DNA of 64,000 nucleotides from Alphaproteobacteria bacterium (GTDB lineage Bacteria; Pseudomonadota; Alphaproteobacteria; Paracaedibacterales; VGCI01): NCBI GenBank assembly GCA_021323455.1, contig JAJONN010000006.1, positions 32,722 to 96,721 of the forward strand, read 5' to 3'. Shown piece by piece: positions 57,051 to 64,000 of this stretch (position 1 is its first letter; each line of letters starts with the position of its first letter). The notes under the pieces were generated by a model. It saw only the letters and a program-made list of their open reading frames with translations, ran no database searches and was not told where the DNA came from. The position numbers and the translations under genes were made by a program.

Positions 57051-57542
57051 TTGATTATGAATATGCGTCAAACCCGGAATAAGTGGACAGAAGAAAACAT
57101 ATATTACTTAAAAACAGCCTATTTAGAAGGAGCATCCTTAAAAGAAATAGCTGGACAATTACAGCGGTCTGTGAGCGCTGTTAATAAGGCTTTGGAGAGA
57201 CATCATTTGCGCACACATAACCGGATGGAGCGTTTACCGGCTTTACCACGCCCAACGGTTCAACAAATTCAGCAAAAGAAAAGGCTGGAAGCGCAAAAAC
57301 GACAAGAGTCTCTCAGGAAAGTAAAATTTCACTGGGCACATTTGCGGAAATGTGTTTCTTTTGAACATGTCCTTTTATGGCTAAGGACACAAAAAATCTT
57401 CGTCACCAAATCAACATCAGACGTTTACTATGAAATGAATGGCATTCCCAATACTCAACACCAAATTTTGCTTAAGGCGAATGTATTGCGGGAGCAACAT
57501 CACCTTCCTATATTTCAGGTTAAGGGGGTTACGAATGCTTAG
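57051..57542 (+). CDS. Small HTH protein with a GcrA-like/Myb-like N-terminal domain
   Basis: NKWTEENIYYLKTAYLEGASLKEIAGQLQRSVSAVNKALERHHLR resembles the GcrA N-terminal DNA-binding domain (W-T-E...L...EG.S..EIA..L..S..AV..K..R..L). The C-terminal half is unassigned. The stop TAG lies in the MITE terminus. Confidence 0.4.
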   Translation: MIMNMRQTRNKWTEENIYYLKTAYLEGASLKEIAGQLQRSVSAVNKALERHHLRTHNRMERLPALPRPTVQQIQQKKRLEAQKRQESLRKVKFHWAHLRKCVSFEHVLLWLRTQKIFVTKSTSDVYYEMNGIPNTQHQILLKANVLREQHHLPIFQVKGVTNA

Positions 57543-57721
57543 GGGACTATAAAAGTTAACATGTTCATTTTTTCTTCGATTTATGAGCCATCTGCGACGT
57601 TATTTTTGCGCTTCCAGTACGCGGTAGCTTAGGCATTGCTTGCGTTCCGGTTCTCAAAATAACTTGCAATCGACTCATAAGCTCTTGAATAAATGCACAG
57701 TTTTTATTTATAGTCCCCTTA
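57539..57721. repeat. MITE-like element, family D
   Basis: Termini TTAGGGGACTATAAA ... TTTATAGTCCCCTTA. Internal GCGCTTCCAGT and CCGGTTCTCAAAA boxes are shared with family C. Related fragments are at about 16530..16560 and 63236..63395. Confidence 0.6.
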
Positions 57722-57889
57722 GGGCGTGTCCTCCATGATCATTTTTAGATCTTCAAATGGTGGTTTTTTGCGCTTCTGTTTCTCAAGTACGGCTTTGGAT
57801 TCTGCGATACGGTTCTCAAAATCCACCATGTTCGCTTCGCTGACCTTCGGTTCGCCATAAAACCTTTCAATTAATGGTCCGCCCTAAGG
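57717..57889. repeat. MITE-like element, family C copy 4
   Basis: CCTTAGGGCGTGTCC...AAATGGTGG...GCGCTTCTGT...ACGGTTCTCAAAATCCACCAT...GCTTCGCTGACCTTCGGTTCGCC...GGTCCGCCCTAAGG. It abuts family D, sharing the TTA. Confidence 0.65.
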
Positions 57890-59272
57890 CTTAACGGAAA
57901 GTCCATAAGGTTCTAAGTAGAAGGCAACTTCTTTTAGGAGCATATCGAGGTTTTCCTCGCTGGACGCCTCACATCGCGCAACGAGGGCGGGTTGGGTATT
58001 TGAGGCACGAAGAAGCCACCACCCCTCTGGGCGGGAGACGCGAACGCCATCAATTGTTGAGATCGTTGCCTCTTCTCTTGCTAATTGACGAGAAATGCTG
58101 TCAACGACCTGGAATTTACGCTCATCTGGACAAGTGATGCGCATTTCTGGCGTGTTATAGAAATGTGGCAAGGCATCCATTATCTGGCTTAAGGGTGTTT
58201 GGGCTTTCTGGAGAATATTAATCAAACGGATGGCGCTGTAAAGCGCATCATCATAACCATAATACTTATCAGCAAAGAAGATGTGGCCACTCATCTCTCC
58301 TGCAAGAAGGGCCCCCGTTTCAGCGATTTTTGTCTTGATCAGGGAATGGCCAGTGCGGGCCATGAGAATATTCCCGCCCAATCGGGCAATTTCATCAAAT
58401 AAGGCTTGGGAGGATTTGACATCAGCAATAACTGTGGCGCCGGGGTTATGCTGGATGACATCACGCGCCAGGAGCAATAATAACTGATCGCCCCAAATGA
58501 TTCGGCCTTCGCCATCTACAGCGCCGATTCGGTCCCCATCCCCATCGAAAGCGATCCCCACGTCTGCTTTAACAGATTTTACAGCTTCAATCAGTTGCTT
58601 CAAATTTTCAGGCACTGTTGGGTCAGGATGGTGGGCAGGAAATGTCCCGTCAATTGTCTCATTGAGCAAAGTGTGGTCTGCCGGGATACCTTTGACCAGA
58701 AGGTTCAGGATATCACCGGTTGCGCCATTGCCCACATCCCACACAATTTTCAAAGGGTGGCTCCGGTTCCCTTCAGGGGACTCATAATCTTGCAAAAGGC
58801 GGTCAACATAAGCCTGGCTTAAGTCTACGGAGGCCAATTTCCCTCGACCTGCCAAGCTTGCCGTTTCATCTATGGCCGCAACCTCTTGTATATCGACCCC
58901 AAAAAAAGGACGGTTTTGTAAGGCCATCTTAAAGCCATTGTCAGGCGCTGGATTGTGGGACCCAGTGACCATAATAGCGGCATCCGTTCCAAGTTTCTTG
59001 AGGCCGTAATAGGCCATCGGGGTTGGGCCGATCTTCAGGTCTGTCACATCAATTCCCATAGACAGTAGTCCTTCCATAAGGGCAGATGCTAAGGCGGGAG
59101 AGGTTAAGCGGCCATCCCGCCCAACACATATGGTCTTTTTTCCAGATTGGTGGAGCATCAACCCGAACTTCTTGCCTAATGCCAAGGCATCCGCTTCAAA
59201 CAGTGTTTTACCAACCTCTCCTCGAATATCATACTCTCGTAAAATCACTGGGTTGAAAGAATGGGAAGCCAT
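57884..59272 (-). CDS. Phosphomannomutase/phosphoglucomutase (alpha-D-phosphohexomutase family)
   Basis: Active-site loop IMVTGSHNPAPDNG, metal loop FDGDGDRIG, GEMSGH. 462 aa. The stop codon (TAG, 57884..57886) lies inside the MITE terminus. Confidence 0.85.
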   Translation of the reverse strand: MASHSFNPVILREYDIRGEVGKTLFEADALALGKKFGLMLHQSGKKTICVGRDGRLTSPALASALMEGLLSMGIDVTDLKIGPTPMAYYGLKKLGTDAAIMVTGSHNPAPDNGFKMALQNRPFFGVDIQEVAAIDETASLAGRGKLASVDLSQAYVDRLLQDYESPEGNRSHPLKIVWDVGNGATGDILNLLVKGIPADHTLLNETIDGTFPAHHPDPTVPENLKQLIEAVKSVKADVGIAFDGDGDRIGAVDGEGRIIWGDQLLLLLARDVIQHNPGATVIADVKSSQALFDEIARLGGNILMARTGHSLIKTKIAETGALLAGEMSGHIFFADKYYGYDDALYSAIRLINILQKAQTPLSQIMDALPHFYNTPEMRITCPDERKFQVVDSISRQLAREEATISTIDGVRVSRPEGWWLLRASNTQPALVARCEASSEENLDMLLKEVAFYLEPYGLSVKP

Positions 59273-59294
59273 AGGGTCTCTTTAAGGTAAAAGG

Positions 59295-60677
59295 TTAAGC
59301 GATAGATGTTGCTTGTTGGGAGGCAAGCTGAGCGCCATAGAGGGTTGGGCGGCCAATAGACACATAATCGAATCCAGCCGCAACCATTTCTTCAAGGCGG
59401 TAAATATTGCGCATGTCAATGAGGAGGGGGTATGTCAAGTAACCCATCATTTTCCTAAAATCCAGTGCCCGGAATTCATTCCATTCTGTCAAAATCAGAA
59501 CCGCATCAGCCCCTTGCATCGCTTCATAGGCGCTTTTTGCCCATGTGATATTATTGAGGAATTTTTCAGCCTCCCTGCGCCCTACCGGATCGTAAGCTTG
59601 AATGGCAATACCAGCTTCTTGCAAGGCTGGAATAATAGTGAGGCTTGGGGCGTCGCGCATGTCATCTGTATTTGGCTTAAAAGTCAGCCCTAAAACGGCA
59701 AGGGTTTTTCTTGTTCCTGTCACAGCTTTAAGGGCTTGGAGAACCTTCTGGGCCATTCCCTGTTTGCGGTCGTCATTGGACTTGATCACAGATTCAACAA
59801 TTGAGGTGGGAGCGCCCCTTTCTTGTGCTGTTCTGGCAAGGGCTAACGTGTCCTTAGGAAAGCAGGAACCGCCATACCCGGGGCCAGCGTGAAGGAATTT
59901 ACGGCCGATGCGCCCGTCCAGCCCAATAGCTTTGGCAAGGTCTTGGATGTTCGCCCCCACTTGTTCGCAAATATCCGCCATTTCATTGATAAAGGCAATT
60001 TTCATCGCCAGAAAGCCATTGGCTGCATATTTGATGAGCTCTGCCGTTTCAATGCCCGTAAAAACAAGGGGGGTTTCTATCAAATAGAGGGGGCGGTAGA
60101 GCTGTTGCAAGACGGCGCGCGCCCGATCGTGACCCGCTGCGTCAGTCTCCGTTCCAATGACAACACGGTCAGGGCGCATAAAGTCATTGATGGCAGACCC
60201 TTCGCGTAAAAATTCCGGGTTGGAAGCCACGTCAAATTCGGCTTTGGACTGTGCGGCCTGGAGGGATTGACGGATAATTTCGGCCACCTTCCGGCAGGTC
60301 CCAACCGGAACCGTAGACTTGGTCACGACAACCGTATAGCCCTCTAACGCCCCGGCAATCTCTTCAGCGGCTGCGTAAACATAGGACAAATCCGCGTGGC
60401 CATCCCCGCGGCGGCTTGGCGTCCCTACAGCAATGAAAACAGCATCTGCTTTGGCGACAGCCTCTTTCAAATCTGTTGTGAAAGAAAGGCGTTCCACCCG
60501 TTGTGTTTGCTGAACGAGGGATTCTAACCCTGGCTCATAGATGGGAATGATGCCTTTGCGCAACCTCTCTATCTTGTCACCGTCTTTATCAACACACGTG
60601 ACATGATAGCCAAATTCAGCGAAACAGGCACCCGTTACCAGGCCGACATAGCCAGATCCGATGATGGCAATTTGCAT
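59295..60677 (-). CDS. ugd: UDP-glucose 6-dehydrogenase
   Basis: MQIAIIGSGYVGLVTGACFAEFGY (Rossmann fold), EFLREGSAINDF, and catalytic GGSCFPKD. Confidence 0.9.
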   Translation of the reverse strand: MQIAIIGSGYVGLVTGACFAEFGYHVTCVDKDGDKIERLRKGIIPIYEPGLESLVQQTQRVERLSFTTDLKEAVAKADAVFIAVGTPSRRGDGHADLSYVYAAAEEIAGALEGYTVVVTKSTVPVGTCRKVAEIIRQSLQAAQSKAEFDVASNPEFLREGSAINDFMRPDRVVIGTETDAAGHDRARAVLQQLYRPLYLIETPLVFTGIETAELIKYAANGFLAMKIAFINEMADICEQVGANIQDLAKAIGLDGRIGRKFLHAGPGYGGSCFPKDTLALARTAQERGAPTSIVESVIKSNDDRKQGMAQKVLQALKAVTGTRKTLAVLGLTFKPNTDDMRDAPSLTIIPALQEAGIAIQAYDPVGRREAEKFLNNITWAKSAYEAMQGADAVLILTEWNEFRALDFRKMMGYLTYPLLIDMRNIYRLEEMVAAGFDYVSIGRPTLYGAQLASQQATSIA

Positions 60678-60939
60678 TTCCGAGTCCTTAAATTATGATG
60701 GGTTCCATCCATATAACGATCCCGGGGGTATTCTGTCAATGCTGGAAAGCAGAACCCTCTCTTATAATAATTATCTTTTCGCATCCATCGGATAAAGGCA
60801 TGGTTATTTTTAACCTGCTGGGGTTGTCGCCTATCGTCTCAGAAAGTCTCTTGCGTATCGAACTTATACGGAGTACATTCCTTATAGGATAGAATTAAGA
60901 GGAGTGTACTCCGAGTAGGAGTGAAAGTAGGATAAAAGA

Positions 60940-62106
60940 ATGTATCAGCGATTGTTAAAAATGGACTTGCCCCCCCGACAATCTGCTTTTTTATGGGGAG
61001 CCCGCAAAACGGGAAAATCAACCTACCTGAAGATGTCTTTTCCTAAAGCCATCTATTATGATTTGTTGAAGTCGGAGCTTTATTTTCAATTTTTGAAAGA
61101 GCCTCATCTTTTTAGACAAGAAGTTTTAAGCATTGAATCTGCAGAAGCAGATCCCGTCATTATCGTTGACGAGGTTCAAAAGATTCCTGCTTTATTGGAC
61201 AACATTCACTGGATGATCGAAAATACAACAGCTCAATTCATTCTATGTGGATCGAGCGCCCGGAAACTTAAGAAAGAAGGCGTGAATATGCTTGGTGGTC
61301 GAGCCTGGCGGTTCCATTTCTTCCCCCTGGTTTACCCAGAATTACCAAAATTTGACCTGCTCCACATTCTGAACCATGGGACGGTTCCTGCTCACTACGA
61401 CTCAAAAAATATAACCCGAGCCATGACATCTTATGTTGATGATTACTTGTCCCAAGAAATTCAGGCTGAAAGTCTGGTGCGTAACTTACCAGCCTTTTCA
61501 AGGTTTTTGGATGCTTTGCGTTTTACGACGGGTGAAATGGTGAATTATACGACGATCTCTCGCCAGGCGGGTGTTGATGCCAAGACAGTTCGAGAATATT
61601 TTACAATCCTGGTCGATACACTCATTGGATATTTTCTGTACCCCTACCGCAAAAAGGTCAATCGGGATATCATCAAAGATACGCCAAAGTTTTATTTATT
61701 CGATGTTGGATTATCAACATACTTAAAGCGGTTAAATATCAAGGATCTTCGAGGCCCTGACGCTGGACACGCCCTTGAAAGCTATATATACCAAGAGCTT
61801 CATGCCTATAGGCAATGCAGGGAACTGAGGGTTGATATCACTTATTGGCGGACCAAGTCAGGCCATGAGGTGGATTTTATTCTCGGTGATGGCGAGGTCG
61901 CGGTGGAGGTTAAAGTGTCTCAAGATATTGCCCCCAGTGACTTGAAGGGAATTCAAGCTTTTATGGAAGAACATCCAGCCGCAAGAGCAATTGTTGTTGC
62001 AAATGTGGATCGTCCCCGTCTCATGAAAGTTAACCAAGGGGACATCACCATTCTTCCGATTGAACTCTTTCTTCAAAAGCTATGGGGAAGGGAAATTATG
62101 GGTTGA
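60940..62106 (+). CDS. AAA_14/DUF4143-type ATPase (paralog 2)
   Basis: P-loop GARKTGKST and Walker B IIVDEVQKI. The C-terminal WRTKSGHEVDFIL matches the TKTRKEVDFMA tail of paralog 1. An upstream 9-bp stem inverted repeat CGGAGTACA (60869..60877) / TGTACTCCG (60905..60913). Confidence 0.75.
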   Translation: MYQRLLKMDLPPRQSAFLWGARKTGKSTYLKMSFPKAIYYDLLKSELYFQFLKEPHLFRQEVLSIESAEADPVIIVDEVQKIPALLDNIHWMIENTTAQFILCGSSARKLKKEGVNMLGGRAWRFHFFPLVYPELPKFDLLHILNHGTVPAHYDSKNITRAMTSYVDDYLSQEIQAESLVRNLPAFSRFLDALRFTTGEMVNYTTISRQAGVDAKTVREYFTILVDTLIGYFLYPYRKKVNRDIIKDTPKFYLFDVGLSTYLKRLNIKDLRGPDAGHALESYIYQELHAYRQCRELRVDITYWRTKSGHEVDFILGDGEVAVEVKVSQDIAPSDLKGIQAFMEEHPAARAIVVANVDRPRLMKVNQGDITILPIELFLQKLWGREIMG

Positions 62107-62238
62107 TTCTTCCCTCCCCCCTCAAAAGAGGCATCCCAGACGGAAGATGCATTTCTCATCCCTTTGATTTTAAACTTGAAAATAAATCTAGGGCGGTGTA
62201 CGTCTCAAGCAAGGCGCTCCTGAACCCTTAACCTCCGA

Positions 62239-63219
62239 ATGATGATGACAATACAAATTGGACCTATTTCTCTTGCCATGCCGGTTATCCTGGCCCCTAT
62301 GTCGGGTATAACGGATATGCCGTTCCGACGTCTCGTCAAGCGTATGGGAGCCGGCCTTGTTGTTTCAGAAATGATTGCCAGCCAGGCGATGATCCGGGAA
62401 ACCCGCCAGTCTTTACGAATGATTCAAAAATCAGCGGATGAATTTCCCATGGCCGTCCAGCTCGCTGGTTGCGAGCCGGAGGTGATGGCAGAAGCGGCCA
62501 GGCTTAACGAAGACCGGGGAGCACAGATTATTGATATTAATATGGGATGCCCTGTTAAAAAAGTTGTCAATGGACATGCAGGTTCTGCATTAATGCGGGA
62601 TGAAGCGTTAGCGGGGCGTATTTTAGAAGCGACGGTGAAGGCTGTGAAATTGCCTGTCACCTTAAAAATGCGAACCGGCTGGGATGATGGGAACCGAAAT
62701 GCGCCTCGTCTCGCGAAAATTGCCGAAGATTGTGGCATTCAACTGCTGACTATCCATGGACGTACCCGTTGTCAGCTTTATAATGGCTCAGCGGACTGGG
62801 ACTTTATTGCTAAAGTTAAAGAGGTGGTGCGTCTTCCTGTTATTGGCAATGGAGATGTTGTAAGTCTTGAGGATGCCACAAATTTATTGCGGCAAAGCAA
62901 GGCTGATGGTGTTATGGTTGGACGAGGGGCTTATGGTCGCCCCTGGTTTATTAATCAGGTAGGGCATTATTTAAAAACGGGGGAACGCCTGATGGACCCG
63001 CCGCTGGCGGACCAACATCAAATCATTTTGGAACACCTAGAGGAAATTTTGTCCCATTATGGAGAAAGTACAGGGGTAAAGATTGCCCGCAAACATGTGG
63101 GGTGGTACAGTAAGGGATTAAACGGGTCTGCAGACTTCCGTGTTTCCATAAACCAGATGGACTCAGCGGCTGCTATGAGAGACTTAATTAACGGGTTTTA
63201 TCGCCCTTTGTATGCTTGA
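62239..63219 (+). CDS. dusB: tRNA-dihydrouridine synthase B (NifR3 family)
   Basis: [17 protein letters not shown]...[11 protein letters not shown]...GSALM...TIHGRTR. Confidence 0.9.
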   Translation: MMMTIQIGPISLAMPVILAPMSGITDMPFRRLVKRMGAGLVVSEMIASQAMIRETRQSLRMIQKSADEFPMAVQLAGCEPEVMAEAARLNEDRGAQIIDINMGCPVKKVVNGHAGSALMRDEALAGRILEATVKAVKLPVTLKMRTGWDDGNRNAPRLAKIAEDCGIQLLTIHGRTRCQLYNGSADWDFIAKVKEVVRLPVIGNGDVVSLEDATNLLRQSKADGVMVGRGAYGRPWFINQVGHYLKTGERLMDPPLADQHQIILEHLEEILSHYGESTGVKIARKHVGWYSKGLNGSADFRVSINQMDSAAAMRDLINGFYRPLYA

Positions 63220-63235
63220 TTTTAATTAGGTATGC

Positions 63236-63395
63236 TTAAAGGGGGCGTATCCAAATTTGATGTAACGATTCAGCTTATGGACAACTGCATCGCTTCATCT
63301 GCGCTTCCGGTGCTCACTGACATTAAGTTAGATCCGCTCCGGTTCTCGATATCGTTACTTTTAACAGCCTGAATAGATACAATTTGATAAGGTAT
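63236..63395. repeat. Palindromic MITE-like element related to family D
   Basis: GTAACGAT...ATCGTTAC and CCAAATTTGAT...ACAATTTGATA arms. Internal GCGCTTCCGGT and CCGGTTCTCGATA boxes. Sits between dusB and the fis-like gene. Confidence 0.5.
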
Positions 63396-63405
63396 TCATA
63401 TTATA

Positions 63406-63705
63406 ATGTCACAACAATCGCCGACTAAAATTTTTCCCCTTCCCCCCACAGCGAGTCTTTCTGGGGCTGGTCTCGCTGGAGCTGTGGCGTCTTTTTTGGA
63501 GACTTATTTCGCAGCCCATGACGGCGACCTCCCGACGACAGGCCTCTATAATCGCGTGATGCAGGAGGTAGAACGCCCCTTGTTAAAAACAACCCTCAAA
63601 GCCGTTATGGGAAACCAGAAGAAAGCTGCAGAGATTTTAGGGATTAACCGGAATACGCTACGCAAAAAACTGACTGAACTCAATATAGATGTGCGAGATT
63701 TTTAG
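63406..63705 (+). CDS. fis: Fis-family small DNA-binding protein (NtrC C-terminal-domain-like HTH_8)
   Basis: 99 aa. FLETYFAAHDGDLPTTGLYNRVMQEVERPLLKTTLKAVMGNQKKAAEILGINRNTLRKKLTELNI aligns by eye along its length with E. coli Fis ([63 protein letters not shown]). dusB-fis synteny. Confidence 0.75.
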   Translation: MSQQSPTKIFPLPPTASLSGAGLAGAVASFLETYFAAHDGDLPTTGLYNRVMQEVERPLLKTTLKAVMGNQKKAAEILGINRNTLRKKLTELNIDVRDF

Positions 63706-63874
63706 GAATTATCCCACTTATGGATATTTTCATTGTCAAATTTTCTCTTTCCCTGCTAGCTTCCCTACGACAGGCTTGGTCTCAAATTTTCAGATGTTTT
63801 AGAGTAAGGCTCGTTACTGAGGCGGCGCTCCCTATGGATAAAGGTTATCAACAGGGGAAGGGGTCCTAATTTTT

Positions 63875-64000
63875 ATGGTCACGCCTTCACCTTTCTTTCA
63901 GAAAATTTCTCTCTCATTTGTTCGCTTTGCGCAAGACTACACCTTGTCCCGCCGGTTAGCGGCGGGCCTTAGCATTGCTGCCTTCCTGTCTGTTATGGCA
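63875..64000 (+). CDS. 5' end of an ORF running off the window (membrane protein; NtrY-like sensor is a guess)
   Basis: ATG at 63875. MVTPSPFFQKISLSFVRFAQDYTLSRRLAAGLSIAAFLSVMA stays open to the window end, and the hydrophobic segment starts at about aa 29. Not in the ORF track because it has no stop. Confidence 0.3.
   Translation, partial: MVTPSPFFQKISLSFVRFAQDYTLSRRLAAGLSIAAFLSVMA

Overview
This 64-kb chromosomal window looks alphaproteobacterial. That is an inference from gene content and order: ruvA-ruvB, mutS, def-fmt-truA, 7Fe ferredoxin, carD, tig-clpP-clpX-lon, dusB, and a relic RcGTA-type terminase. Moderate-GC housekeeping blocks are interrupted by lower-GC accessory segments and by a dense population of small palindromic repeats (at least five MITE/REP-like families, more than 20 copies). 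Notable content:
- A VgrG (T6SS spike) gene runs off the left edge and is absent from the supplied ORF track.
- A HigB/HigA-like pair and an AAA_14/DUF4143-type ATPase sit between ruvB and mutS.
- There is a eukaryote-like cysteine-containing LRR protein.
- A DEDDh exonuclease with a signal peptide and an SV40-like PKKRK basic cluster lies behind a ~0.5-kb extreme AT block.
- A ~12-kb low-GC island lies next to tRNA-Leu(UAG). It carries decayed IS6 and IS110 elements, an XRE repressor-like gene, a histidine-kinase-like protein without the phospho-acceptor His, a 1209-aa STAND protein (LuxR-HTH, hydrophobic segment, NB-ARC, TPR), and a secreted permuted-papain (C92/YiiX-like) protein.

Several genes show decay: a uvrA 3' deletion plus frameshift, a split terminase, an MFS transporter with no usable start codon, and IS pseudogenes. 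This fits, but does not prove, a host-associated genome-eroding lifestyle. No rRNA, CRISPR array or intact prophage was seen. All homology statements come from visual motif recognition, not database searches. GC statements are by eye.
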